NCBI GenBank assembly: GCA_012837335.1
Contig: DURM01000007.1
Coordinates: 31,127-95,126 of the forward strand
Direction of reading: 5' to 3'
From: Bacillota bacterium
GTDB lineage: Bacteria > Bacillota > Limnochordia > Darwinibacteriales > DTU012
Length of the DNA: 64,000 bases
Shown here: in pieces, positions 36,919 to 46,858 of the stretch
Layout: every line of letters begins with the position of its first letter
How positions within the stretch are numbered: the first letter of the stretch is position 1
Translations under genes and position numbers: made by a program
The notes under the pieces: model-generated
Seen by the model: the letters and a program-made list of their open reading frames with translations, nothing else
What the model was told of the DNA's origin: nothing
The model's database searches: none

Positions 36919-38321
36919 AAATTGGAGTAATAATTGGAAGACGAGGGTTTTTCTCAGCTGAACTCTGCCTTGACGGCAGAAAGCGGATCCTGAAAGCGCT
37001 GGAGGAAGCGGGAGTTACACCGATCGTCCTGCCGGAAGATGTAGGGGCTTACGGCAGTGTGCAGAACAGAGAACAGGCGCTGGCCTGCGCGGAACTGTTT
37101 AAACAGCACCGTGACGAAATCCAGGGGATCATTATTACCCTGCCCAACTTTGGTGATGAGAAATCGATCGCAGCGGTGCTGCGGGAGTTTAAAGCAGATG
37201 TGCCGGTTTTGGTGCATGCCTTTAATGACCACCTGGATCAGCTCAATTATGTAAACCGCCGCGACAGTTTCTGCGGCAAGATTTCGGTCTGCAACAACCT
37301 GCGCCAGTACGGGTTTAAATATTCCTTGACCAGCCTGCATACGGTTGATCCAGAGGATCCGTCATTTAAGGCAGATCTGGAGCGGTTCTTAGCTGTCTGC
37401 CGGGTTGTCAAAGCGGTGCGCAGCGCTAGAATCGGTGTTGTGGGGCCGCGTCCCGCTGATTTCAACACAGTTCGCTATAGCGAAAAGCTGCTGGAGCACA
37501 ACGGTATTTCCGTAGAGCCGCTGGGGATTATTGATATCATCGGCAGAATCAACAAACTTGATGAGGAACGTGTGAATCAAGCAATTACTGAGATCAAGGA
37601 ATATATGCGGACCGATGGTGTTCCGGCCGAATCTCTAACCAAGATGGCTGGGCTGCTGACAGTACTTAGAGATTGGATTGATGAGCTGGATCTGACCGGA
37701 GTTGCCATCCAGTGCTGGAACTCGCTGCAGGAGCATTTAGGAATCAACCCGTGCACTGCGATGAGTATTTTGGCCAACAGCGGTGTACCAGCATCCTGTG
37801 AAAGCGACGTAACCGGAGCAGTCAGCATGCTGGCACTCCAGACCGCCACCAACCTGCCCAGCGCTATCGTGGATTGGAACAACAACTACGGCAATGATCC
37901 CAATAAATTTATCCTGTTCCACTGCGGCAACTTTGCCAAAGATGTGTATCAGGTCCGGGAGTGCGCTCCGGCTGTTAATTATCCTGAGATTCTATCTTCC
38001 ACTTTGGGTAAAGAAAATACTTATGGTTCGATTGACGGCAGTGTTAAGCCCGGTCAAGTCACTTTTGCCCGGGTAACTACTGATGATCTAACCGGACAAA
38101 TCCGCGCTTACTGCGCCGAAGGAACTGTCACCGAAGACAGCCTGGATACCTTTGGTTCCTGGGGTGTAGTGGAGCTGCCGGGTCTCCAGAAGTTAATGCA
38201 CTATGTCTGTGAGAATGGCTTTGAACACCATGTAGCGATGGTCCATACATCAGCAGCAGATGTGATCGCGGAAGCGTTTGAGAAATATCTTGGCTGGGAA
38301 GTCTACAATCACTCCGAATAA
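36915..38321 (+). CDS. L-fucose/L-arabinose isomerase-family protein (short form)
   Basis: ATGA start/stop overlap with the kinase gene. N-terminus MKIGVIIGRRGFFSAELC resembles the Fucose_iso N-domain organisation. Assignment is tentative. Confidence 0.4.
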   Translation: MKIGVIIGRRGFFSAELCLDGRKRILKALEEAGVTPIVLPEDVGAYGSVQNREQALACAELFKQHRDEIQGIIITLPNFGDEKSIAAVLREFKADVPVLVHAFNDHLDQLNYVNRRDSFCGKISVCNNLRQYGFKYSLTSLHTVDPEDPSFKADLERFLAVCRVVKAVRSARIGVVGPRPADFNTVRYSEKLLEHNGISVEPLGIIDIIGRINKLDEERVNQAITEIKEYMRTDGVPAESLTKMAGLLTVLRDWIDELDLTGVAIQCWNSLQEHLGINPCTAMSILANSGVPASCESDVTGAVSMLALQTATNLPSAIVDWNNNYGNDPNKFILFHCGNFAKDVYQVRECAPAVNYPEILSSTLGKENTYGSIDGSVKPGQVTFARVTTDDLTGQIRAYCAEGTVTEDSLDTFGSWGVVELPGLQKLMHYVCENGFEHHVAMVHTSAADVIAEAFEKYLGWEVYNHSE

Positions 38322-38390
38322 GAAATACTGCAGGAAACGCAGTCGCAAAGCCGAATAACATTGGCGAGCATAATTACAGGAGGGCAGATT

Positions 38391-40673
38391 ATGACGAACA
38401 CAGCAGGAGAAACAAACTTAGTTCTATGGTATGATCAGCCGGCAGCAGAGTGGGTTGAAGCCCTGCCCATCGGCAACGGCCGGCTGGGAGCAATGGTATT
38501 TGGAGATCCTAAAACTGAGCATCTCCAGTTAAACGAAGAGACAATTTGGACCGGAAAACCAAATGATTACGCCCGGAAGGGCGCTTACCAGTACTTAGAT
38601 AAAATTCGCAGTTTAATTGCGGAAGGCAGGCAGAAGGAAGCCGAGGAGCTGGGGATGGAAGTGTTTATGGGCAATCCCATCCGTCAGCAGTCCTATCAGC
38701 CTTTCTGCGATTTGTATTTAGATTTTCCTGAGATTAACGCTGAACAAGTTAACAACTATCGGCGCCGGTTGGATTTAGAACAGGCAGTCGCTGACGTTGA
38801 ATTTGTGCACAATGGTGTGAAATACCGGCGGGAGTATTTAGTGAGCCATCCCCATCAGGTAATTGCATCCCGCATCAGCGCGGATCAAGATGGGATGGTC
38901 AGCTTCACTGCTTCCTTGGGCAGCGCGCATGAAGCAGTTGAGGTTACCAGCGATGGCCAAGGGTTAATCCTTCGGGGTGAGGTTGAGCCCGGTGGAATCA
39001 GGTTTGAAGCGCGGGTGATCGTCACAACCGCTGGTGGAAAGGTAAGTATTGAAACCGAAGGAAACGCAGCAAGAATTTGCGTCTTTGCAGCCAATTCCGC
39101 GGTTGTGATGGTTGTTGGCGCCAGCAGTTTTGTTAACTACCGGGACATCAGCGGAGATCCCGGGAGCCGCTGCAGCGACTACCTTAGTGCTTTAGCTGGG
39201 GTTACCTGGGAACAGATCAGAGCAGCTCATCTAAAGGATTATCAGGCGCTGTTTGGCACTGTTCAACTTGATCTCGGTGTCAAGCCCTTGGATAAGCCAA
39301 CTGACAAGAGGGTAGCTGAGTTTGATCCTAACGAGGACCTTCAGCTGATCGAGCTGTATTTTCAGTTCGGCCGCTATTTGATGATTTCCGGTTCACGCCC
39401 GGGTACACTACCCTTGAATCTGCAGGGAATCTGGAATGAAGAGCTTAAGCCTTCATGGGGAAGTAAGTTTACCTGCAATATTAACTTAGAGATGAACTAT
39501 TGGCCGGCAGAAGCTGCGAACTTAGGCATCTGCCACAAGCCTTTGTTTGAATTTATGAAAGTGCTCCACCAAACCGGCTCAGTTGTGGCTCAAGAGCACT
39601 ACAACTGCCGGGGCTGGGTGCTGCATCACAACACCGATATTTGGGGCGGAACCGCACCGGTCAACCATTCCAACCATGGAATATGGCCCACAGGGGGAGC
39701 GTGGCTCTGCACCCATATCTGGCAGCACTACCTCTATAATGAGGATCGGGAGTTCTTAGAGGAATACTACCCGATCATGCGGGATGCCGCCTTGTTCTTC
39801 ATGGACTTCATGGTCGAAGATGAAAAAACCGGATGGCTGATCAGCACTCCGTCGAACTCCCCGGAGCAGGGAGGATTGGTTGCCGGTCCGACAATGGATC
39901 ACCAGATTATCAGGGAGCTGCTCAGAAACTGCAGCGCCGCCAGTGAGGTTTTAGGGGTTGATGCGGATCTGAGGGAAGAATGGCAGAAGATGATCAAGCG
40001 GATCGCGCCGAATTTAATCGGAAAACACGGTCAGCTGCAGGAGTGGCTGGTTGACATCGATGATCCGAACAATAAGCACCGCCATGTATCCCATTTGTAC
40101 GGGCTGTTTCCGGGTGAAGATATCAGCCCTCACCTCAATCCAGAATTGGCTCAAGCGGCCGCTAAATCTCTGGAGTTTAGGGGAGATAAGGGTACCGGCT
40201 GGAGCATGGCTTGGAAGATCAACTGGTGGGCTCGCCTGGAAGACGGAGACCGGGCTTACCGCTTGCTTACCAACCTGATTCAGGAAGGCACCTATCCGAA
40301 CTTGTTTGATGCCCATCCACCGTTCCAAATTGATGGCAATTTCGGAGCGATATCTGGGATCATGATGATGCTGGTTCAGAGTCATCTCGGCGCTATCAGT
40401 CTTTTGCCGGCGCTGCCGCAAGCTTGGAAGAAGGGCAGCGTGAGGGGTATCTGCGCTGCTGGTGGATTTAGTGTTGATCTGGCTTGGGATCAGGGCCGCT
40501 TAACGGCAGCCGAGATTACCTCAAGATTTGGTAACGAGTGCCGGATCCGCTCTGCTGAGGCAGTTGAAGTTTATAACAGCAGTGGTGAAAAAACAGCAGT
40601 CCGGAGCGAAGCTGGCGTTTACGCCTTTGCGACTCAAAAAGGTGAGACTTACCAGATTGTTTGTCAAAACTAA
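38391..40673 (+). CDS. Glycoside hydrolase family 95 (alpha-L-fucosidase / alpha-L-galactosidase type)
   Basis: ATG at 38391 lies 6 nt after AGGAGGG. Hallmark GH95 N-terminus LWYDQPAAEWVEALPIGNGRLGAMVFG; ~760 aa. Confidence 0.8.
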   Translation: MTNTAGETNLVLWYDQPAAEWVEALPIGNGRLGAMVFGDPKTEHLQLNEETIWTGKPNDYARKGAYQYLDKIRSLIAEGRQKEAEELGMEVFMGNPIRQQSYQPFCDLYLDFPEINAEQVNNYRRRLDLEQAVADVEFVHNGVKYRREYLVSHPHQVIASRISADQDGMVSFTASLGSAHEAVEVTSDGQGLILRGEVEPGGIRFEARVIVTTAGGKVSIETEGNAARICVFAANSAVVMVVGASSFVNYRDISGDPGSRCSDYLSALAGVTWEQIRAAHLKDYQALFGTVQLDLGVKPLDKPTDKRVAEFDPNEDLQLIELYFQFGRYLMISGSRPGTLPLNLQGIWNEELKPSWGSKFTCNINLEMNYWPAEAANLGICHKPLFEFMKVLHQTGSVVAQEHYNCRGWVLHHNTDIWGGTAPVNHSNHGIWPTGGAWLCTHIWQHYLYNEDREFLEEYYPIMRDAALFFMDFMVEDEKTGWLISTPSNSPEQGGLVAGPTMDHQIIRELLRNCSAASEVLGVDADLREEWQKMIKRIAPNLIGKHGQLQEWLVDIDDPNNKHRHVSHLYGLFPGEDISPHLNPELAQAAAKSLEFRGDKGTGWSMAWKINWWARLEDGDRAYRLLTNLIQEGTYPNLFDAHPPFQIDGNFGAISGIMMMLVQSHLGAISLLPALPQAWKKGSVRGICAAGGFSVDLAWDQGRLTAAEITSRFGNECRIRSAEAVEVYNSSGEKTAVRSEAGVYAFATQKGETYQIVCQN

Positions 40674-40742
40674 ATAAAGATACGGAGACCAGAATATACT
40701 GTGGTCTCCGTTCTACACTTTAGAAGCAGGGAGTTGATAACG

Positions 40743-41297
40743 ATGAAGATAGGAGTAATCAGTGATACTCACGGCAGTTTGACTGCTTGGCAGCAGGCCT
40801 TGGCTGGACCGTTTGCTGATGTGGATTTTATCATCCATACCGGCGATGTGCTTTACCACGGAGCCCGCAATCCGCTGCCAGAAGGCTATGCACCGGCAGA
40901 CTTAGCGGAAGCGATTAATGCCTGTAAGCTTCCCATCATGATTGTCAAGGGCAACTGCGACAGCGAAGTAGACCAGATGGTCCTTAACGTGCCCCTCCAA
41001 TCACCCTTCCTCATTACCGACCAGCCGGTGGGGCGCATACTCGCAACCCACGGCCACTACTATGATGAGGCTCAGACTCTGGTTTTAGCTGAGCGGTACC
41101 AGATTGAGATCTGGATCAGTGGGCACACCCATGTACCTGTTCTGGAGCGCACAGGAAACACGATTTTCCTAAATCCGGGCAGCTGCTCACTGCCCAAAGG
41201 TGAAGAGCCCCGCAGCTGTGTGGCGGTAATCACCGCTGATGAGCTCCAGCTGATTGATTTAAATACTAAATCAGTCTATAAATCACTGCAAAGATAA
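40743..41297 (+). CDS. YfcE-type metallophosphoesterase
   Basis: MKIGVISDTHGS, HTGD, GNCD and GHTH metal-ligand motifs. Confidence 0.7.
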   Translation: MKIGVISDTHGSLTAWQQALAGPFADVDFIIHTGDVLYHGARNPLPEGYAPADLAEAINACKLPIMIVKGNCDSEVDQMVLNVPLQSPFLITDQPVGRILATHGHYYDEAQTLVLAERYQIEIWISGHTHVPVLERTGNTIFLNPGSCSLPKGEEPRSCVAVITADELQLIDLNTKSVYKSLQR

Positions 41298-41302
41298 GTA
41301 AA

Positions 41303-41328
41303 GCAGCCGTGTTTGGCTGCTTTTTTTT
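41303..41328 (+). terminator. Rho-independent terminator (possibly bidirectional)
   Basis: AGCAGCC-gtgtttg-GGCTGCT followed by TTTTTTTT. It sits between convergent genes. Confidence 0.7.
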
Positions 41329-42256
41329 AGGCAAAGCTGGCAATCTGGGCCCTGCCTGCATCTTTATGAAACAGCTGCGCTGCCAGAGCGACTGCTGCAG
41401 AAGCTGTCTGCTGATTTTGATCTAACCGGGGATTGAGTTCGACGATGTCCATGGATGTAATGATGTCTGCTCTGCTTAATTCTAACATTGCCGCAGCGCA
41501 TTCCGGAACTGTCATGCCGTTTGGGCATGGTGTGCCTACCCCCGGCGCTGCAGCAGGATCAAGCACATCGATGTCAAAACTTAAGTGCACTTTATCTGCG
41601 CGTCCAGCAAGATATTTGATGCTCTCTCGGATCACTTTGCGGATGCCCAACCGGCGGATATCTGCCATGGGGTAAAGCTTGATGCCGTACTCCCGGATCA
41701 GCTGCTTCTCACCCCAGTCAAAAGAGCGCGCTCCAATGATCACCACATTTTCCGGTTTCACTTTTGGGTAAAAGCCACCGATATTGACTAACTTCGGGTG
41801 TCCCAAGCCGAGGCTGGCCGCCAAAGGCATGCCGTGGATGCGGCCGGAGGGTGTTGTTTCGATTGTATTTAAGTCGGGGTGGGCATCGAGCCAGATTACT
41901 CCCAGGTTATCGGAACCAGCAGCTGCTGCGGCAACTGAGCCGATGCTGATGCTGTGATCCCCTCCCAGGACAATTGGAAATGCGCTGCCCTGTTTGAAGA
42001 TGCAGCCAAGTCTTGCATACAGCTCTTGGCTGACCTTGACTACACTGGCAAGATTCTTAAGTGAAGTTGGTTCGGATCCAATGCTTCCATTCTCAGTGGC
42101 GGTCCTGATATTGCCCCAATCTGTTACCACATACCCTAAGGCCTCCAGTTTGCCAATCAAACCGGCATTCCTCAGTGCTTGAGGACCTCGGTCTGCGCCG
42201 TCTTCGTCCTGTCCGGCTTGGGAAGGTACGCCTAGGATTGCAATTGTTTTAGCCAT
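41327..42256 (-). CDS. Arginase/agmatinase (ureohydrolase) family protein
   Basis: ATG at 42256 (minus) lies 8 nt after AAGGAG; the ORF-track GTG at 42265 is less likely. GGDHSISIG, DAHPDLNT and SFDIDVLDP Mn-binding motifs. Confidence 0.75.
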   Translation of the reverse strand: MAKTIAILGVPSQAGQDEDGADRGPQALRNAGLIGKLEALGYVVTDWGNIRTATENGSIGSEPTSLKNLASVVKVSQELYARLGCIFKQGSAFPIVLGGDHSISIGSVAAAAAGSDNLGVIWLDAHPDLNTIETTPSGRIHGMPLAASLGLGHPKLVNIGGFYPKVKPENVVIIGARSFDWGEKQLIREYGIKLYPMADIRRLGIRKVIRESIKYLAGRADKVHLSFDIDVLDPAAAPGVGTPCPNGMTVPECAAAMLELSRADIITSMDIVELNPRLDQNQQTASAAVALAAQLFHKDAGRAQIASFA

Positions 42257-42300
42257 AAATTCCACTCCTTAATCCACCGGGAAAACACTAACAACTTGTA

Positions 42301-43638
42301 TTATACCACGCTTGAACGCTGGGTGTAAGCAGACCGCTCATATTTCGAGATGAAGAATAAGAAGATAATCTCTGTCAGCTCGCAGGCAAGCATTCCAAAT
42401 ACACCTACTAGGGCGGGGTTGGCGAGATTGAGCCGGGAGGCGGCAAATACCGCTCCTGTCAAGGTCAGCACATTAACAACCTTACCCCAGCTGACATACT
42501 TGGTTTTCCGCTCGTACATCAGCATTCCCCAGTAAAACTCGCGCACAATTACAAAAAACGGCAGGATCACTTTCCATCTAATCACACCCAGTGCCGGTTC
42601 AATAATCTCAGCCGGAGCTTGGATCCAGTGCTCCAGCAGAAACCTACCGAGACCGGTATAGCCCATCAGGGCAATGATTAAAGCAAAAAACGCCGCAACA
42701 GCCAGTCCAAAGCGTTGAACCTGGTGGCGGGTGCCGTTTGGAGTTCCCATAAAGCTGATGGGGATCTGGTGAAACGATCCGAGGGGACTGATGCAAATGC
42801 TGCCCAACCCCCAGCCAACCGCATAGGCTGATAAAGCTATTTCCGGAGTAACAGTCTGCCCCAAACCGGCATTGACAATTGGTGTACCCAACGAACGGAT
42901 TAGACCCATAATGATCAATGGACCAATAAAACTGAGAATCGTTCGGTATGTTAAATCCGGCACCGGTTCTGGTTTGCTGAGCTGATTAAGCTCAAGGATC
43001 TTTGTTTTAGGTCTGCCGATTAGGATCCTTGTGCCGATTACATCAATACTCAGCTCCACTAAAAGGGCAGTCAGGAACATCAGCCCGGCCAGCGCACTGC
43101 CTGGAACAAAGGCAATGCGGTCAATCACCAGCACAAAGAGACTGACATAGATCATTCTGCCGATAGTTGACAGTGTAATTAGGCGCGGGGCCTTGAATTT
43201 AATCAGGATACCTTGAAAGTAGTTTCTGATTGCGGAAAAAATTGGGAAAAAGAAGAGAATCCGCAGAATGACTACTGCTGCTGCAAGAGTCTTGCCCGAT
43301 AGGTTCATGGTCTTGGTCAGCACTTGGTAGGACAGGGGACTGTAGATGAAAACCGCAAAAGCTGCGGCTGTTGCGATGATCAGCCAGGTGCAGAAGCGGC
43401 GGACTTTGGCCATGCTGTCCTGATCAACTACTAGGGTAGAGTAGGTCTGCCTGAGCATGGAAATCGGGCTCTCGAACAGGTGCATCAGGCTTTTGGCAAC
43501 TGCAAATGCCGATATATAAATTTCAGGTTCATCAAGACGTCCTAGTCCCGCGTTGAAAAGGGTGTGGGTGATAGTGACTAAGGTGGCGGTTAAGGCTAAA
43601 GGCGTGAAGAAAGCAAGCATCGGTTTAATTTTCATCAA
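42301..43638 (-). CDS. MATE/MOP-superfamily polytopic membrane transporter (multidrug/oligosaccharide flippase family)
   Basis: ~12 predicted TM helices in two 6-TM halves; MATE-like. Confidence 0.5.
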   Translation of the reverse strand: MMKIKPMLAFFTPLALTATLVTITHTLFNAGLGRLDEPEIYISAFAVAKSLMHLFESPISMLRQTYSTLVVDQDSMAKVRRFCTWLIIATAAAFAVFIYSPLSYQVLTKTMNLSGKTLAAAVVILRILFFFPIFSAIRNYFQGILIKFKAPRLITLSTIGRMIYVSLFVLVIDRIAFVPGSALAGLMFLTALLVELSIDVIGTRILIGRPKTKILELNQLSKPEPVPDLTYRTILSFIGPLIIMGLIRSLGTPIVNAGLGQTVTPEIALSAYAVGWGLGSICISPLGSFHQIPISFMGTPNGTRHQVQRFGLAVAAFFALIIALMGYTGLGRFLLEHWIQAPAEIIEPALGVIRWKVILPFFVIVREFYWGMLMYERKTKYVSWGKVVNVLTLTGAVFAASRLNLANPALVGVFGMLACELTEIIFLFFISKYERSAYTQRSSVV

Positions 43639-43802
43639 GTCCTTTCCCGATAATCCACTAGCTATATTCTAGTTTGGCTGCTGCTTTCCTGTCTGCAGTG
43701 CTCCGCGATCCTTTGTGCCTGTGAGCACTTACCTTTTGTTGACAAGACTCTGATTATATAGGAAAATGTTGGCAAACCGCGAGGCCGAAAGGGGCGGACT
43801 GC

Positions 43803-46301
43803 ATGGAGCTGAGACTAAAAATTCTAAAAATAATCATTACTATGGCGATGCTTGTGCAGGTTAGGATTGCAGGTGCCCAAAATTTGAACAGCACCGGTGA
43901 TACGGTGTTTAACGAGGCTGCGTGGCAGCGGATTGAGCGTGAGCTCAAGGCCAGCAACGATCGCTTCCATAAAGCTGAGCTGATCGCCGGAATCGGTCAT
44001 TGGGAGTTTCATCTTGACGAAGGCACGGTGCTGCTTTCAGACGGAGCGGCTCAAGTGCTGGGATTGGAAAAGAACGAATATACCCTTGATGAGATCGATG
44101 CTTTGGTACTGCCGGAATTTGCGGAACTGCGGCTGCAGGCCCGCGCAGCGCTGATCGAGGGCAAAGCTCCTTACGACATCCACTTTCAAATCCGGCGCTT
44201 ATCTGATGGACAGCCCATCGACCTGCGTTCCACCGGTGAATATGATCCTGATACCAATATCGTCTTCGGTGTTTTCCACGATATTACTACTCAGGTGCAG
44301 GCGATCAGCGCCGTCGAGCGTTTGAGGAAAACGCAGGTGAACACGATGTTTGCCTTTTCAACCCTGCAGCTGGCAGCGATTATTGCTTTGATTTTAAACA
44401 CCTTTAGGCGTATACAGGCTGAAAAAGAACTGAAGCAGAACTTGAACCGCATGGAAAGCTTAGTGAGAATATTACAGCACCCGGCTGAATCCATTCCAGA
44501 GCTTTTGAATTACGCTCTGCAGGAATCACTGACTTTAACTGAAAGCAGGGTTGGATACATCGGGATTTATGACGAAACCGGGAAGCAGACAGCGTTCAGC
44601 GCCTGCTCAGAGGACTTACGCAAGCTGTTGGAAGAGCGGGAACTGCCGCAGCTCATCCGCGAGCGGAAGCCAATTGTAGTAAATCGAAACGGAAGCGGAA
44701 CCGGGATCAAGCGCTACATAGCTGTGCCCCTGATCAAGGATGGACGGCTGGCAGCAGTAATCGGTCTTGCTGACAAGTCCAGCAATTACAAAGAACTGGA
44801 TGTGCTTCAGGCAGCGCTGCTGTTAAACGGAATCTGGGGCACTGTAGCGCGGATCCAGACCGAGATTGCAAACCGCAGTGAGAAGGAACGTTTCAAGACA
44901 ACACTGCTGTCCTTGGACGAAGGTGTAATTGCTGCTGATCCAAATGGCTTTGTGCAGATTGTTAACCAGGCCGCCGAGCGGCTGATCGGCCGAAGTGCAG
45001 ATCAAGTAATTGGCATGCCTTTCGATGCCATAATGGAGATCATTGATCAAGATACGAAAACGCGGTGCGAAAGCCCCCTGCGGCGGGTGCTGGAGACAGG
45101 CAGGGCTGTGGCTCTTCCCCGCGGCACCATTTTGATTTCCAATGACGGCACTCAGCGCCATGTTGCGGCTTCAGCGGCTCCGATTGTCGGAGAGCAGGGA
45201 CAGGTGCAGGGTGTGGTAGCTGTTGTGCGGGATATTACCGAAGAAATGCTGCAGCAGGAAACGATCGAATACTTAAGCTACCATGATCAATTGACTGGGC
45301 TTCACAACCGCCATTACTTTGAACAGCAGCTTGTGAAGCTGGACTCAGCAGATAATCTGCCCCTTTCGATTCTGATTGCTGACCTGAACGGATTGAAGCT
45401 GGCGAATGATGCGTTTGGGCACCGCATGGGCGATAAAATGATCCAGAAAACAGCAGAGATCATTCTTGCCAACCGCCGTCCTGCCGATGTGGCTGCTCGC
45501 TGGGGTGGCGACGAGTTTGTGGTTCTGATGCCCCGAACAACCCAGCAGGAAGCAGAAGAATTTGCAGCGCGTTTGAGAGATGAGTTTACAAATACTGATA
45601 TAAATTCGGTGCTCCTGTCGGTTTCGCTGGGCTGGGATACTAAAGAGCACCTCAATCAGGATTTTAAAGAGGTTTTTGATCAGGCGGAGCAGCGGATGTA
45701 TCGAGCCAAACTGGTTGGCGGACCGAGTATTCACGGTGAAGCTCTGAAAACAATTATGGCTGCGCTGCATGAAAAAAACAGCCGGGAAGAGGAGCACTCG
45801 CTGCGAGTCAGTGAACTGTGCAAGTTGATCGGCACTGAGCTGGGATTGGCGGAACGGGAGATAGAGGAACTGGGTATAATTGGCATGTTTCACGACATCG
45901 GGAAGGTGTCAATTGATGAGCAGATTCTCAATAAACCAGGAAAGTTGACTGATCGGGAATACCGGGAAATTAAAAGGCATGCGGAAATCGGGTATCGCAT
46001 TCTCAAACTTGTTAAGAACATGGAGGATATTGCTGAGTACGTGCTCGCCCATCATGAGCGCTGGGATGGAGGCGGCTATCCCCGGGGCCTGCAGGGTGAA
46101 GAAATACCACTTAAAGCCCGAATTGTCGCGATTGCTGATGCGTATGATGCCATGGTCAGCTACCGTCCCTACCGTAGTCAGTTGACCCCAGTCCAAGCAG
46201 CAGAAGAACTTATCCGCGGCGCCGGCACCCAGTTTGATCCAGATTTAGTGCAAGTGTTTGTTGATGCCATCGGGCCTCACGGCGATTTGAAAGCAAACTA
46301 A
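43803..46301 (+). CDS. Signalling protein with N-terminal signal/periplasmic region, PAS and GAF-like domains, GGDEF diguanylate cyclase and C-terminal HD-GYP phosphodiesterase
   Basis: GGDEF in RWGGDEFVVLM. HD-GYP in HHERWDGGGYPRGL...IADAYDAMVSYRPYR. PAS-like segments lie upstream. Confidence 0.7.
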   Translation: MELRLKILKIIITMAMLVQVRIAGAQNLNSTGDTVFNEAAWQRIERELKASNDRFHKAELIAGIGHWEFHLDEGTVLLSDGAAQVLGLEKNEYTLDEIDALVLPEFAELRLQARAALIEGKAPYDIHFQIRRLSDGQPIDLRSTGEYDPDTNIVFGVFHDITTQVQAISAVERLRKTQVNTMFAFSTLQLAAIIALILNTFRRIQAEKELKQNLNRMESLVRILQHPAESIPELLNYALQESLTLTESRVGYIGIYDETGKQTAFSACSEDLRKLLEERELPQLIRERKPIVVNRNGSGTGIKRYIAVPLIKDGRLAAVIGLADKSSNYKELDVLQAALLLNGIWGTVARIQTEIANRSEKERFKTTLLSLDEGVIAADPNGFVQIVNQAAERLIGRSADQVIGMPFDAIMEIIDQDTKTRCESPLRRVLETGRAVALPRGTILISNDGTQRHVAASAAPIVGEQGQVQGVVAVVRDITEEMLQQETIEYLSYHDQLTGLHNRHYFEQQLVKLDSADNLPLSILIADLNGLKLANDAFGHRMGDKMIQKTAEIILANRRPADVAARWGGDEFVVLMPRTTQQEAEEFAARLRDEFTNTDINSVLLSVSLGWDTKEHLNQDFKEVFDQAEQRMYRAKLVGGPSIHGEALKTIMAALHEKNSREEEHSLRVSELCKLIGTELGLAEREIEELGIIGMFHDIGKVSIDEQILNKPGKLTDREYREIKRHAEIGYRILKLVKNMEDIAEYVLAHHERWDGGGYPRGLQGEEIPLKARIVAIADAYDAMVSYRPYRSQLTPVQAAEELIRGAGTQFDPDLVQVFVDAIGPHGDLKAN

Positions 46302-46323
46302 ATAAAAAAGGGATCGATTCCGA

Positions 46324-46578
46324 TTACTCGGGATCAGACCCCTTTTCAAATACATAACCGCATTCGGAGCAGGTTACTCTCAGGTGTACGTCTTCAGCGA
46401 TGGTCATTTCCTCGCTGCGGCCGCAGTTCGGGCAGACGATCTGGACAGTGGGGAGCTGTTTAGAGCTGATGATTGCAGCCATAAACTTCTGACCGCATTG
46501 ATCGCATTCTACCAGATAGCGGCCGTGTAAGTTGAGATTCTCGCTGTAGCCGCAGTTAGGACAGCGGATTGTAGCCAT
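46324..46578 (-). CDS. Small double zinc-ribbon protein (four CxxC pairs)
   Basis: CPNCG, CDQCG, CPNCG and CSECG; 84 aa. Confidence 0.5.
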   Translation of the reverse strand: MATIRCPNCGYSENLNLHGRYLVECDQCGQKFMAAIISSKQLPTVQIVCPNCGRSEEMTIAEDVHLRVTCSECGYVFEKGSDPE

Positions 46579-46634
46579 TGCCTTCCTCCTTTACATATAC
46601 TGGCATCTAGCATCCTCCCGGGAGATATCCGGCA

Positions 46635-46820
46635 TTACAGGGTTAGTAGAATGAATAAAATCAGGAAGATCAGGATTACCAGTAATATAAACAAAACCGG
46701 ATAGCAAGGAGGCTCAACCTGCCCAATGCGAACATAGTTACCCTCGTTTTTTGCAAGCGCAGTTAAAATCTTGCTCAGCTCCCTTCGAAGTATTCTCTTC
46801 CCGCCGATTTGGATAAGCAC
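46635..46820 (-). CDS. Small hypothetical protein with C-terminal hydrophobic helix (61 aa)
   Basis: The ORF sits between two co-oriented genes. C-terminus VLFILLVILIFLILFILLTL. Weak evidence. Confidence 0.25.
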   Translation of the reverse strand: MLIQIGGKRILRRELSKILTALAKNEGNYVRIGQVEPPCYPVLFILLVILIFLILFILLTL

Positions 46821-46858
46821 CGGCAGCTGGCAAAACAGCTGCCGGTTCAGTCAATTTT

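Noticed and set aside
40682-40711. Hairpin ACGGAGACC...GGTCTCCGT just after the GH95 stop
   Set aside because: It lacks a convincing U-tract (followed by TCTACACTTT) and lies 30 nt before the next RBS. It may be a weak attenuator, but I did not call it a terminator.
46302-46323. A/T-flanked GC segment (AAAAAGGG...CCCCTTTT) between convergent GGDEF and zinc-ribbon genes, as a possible bidirectional terminator
   Set aside because: The arms are not actually complementary beyond 3-4 bp, and the 3' part lies inside the zinc-ribbon CDS.
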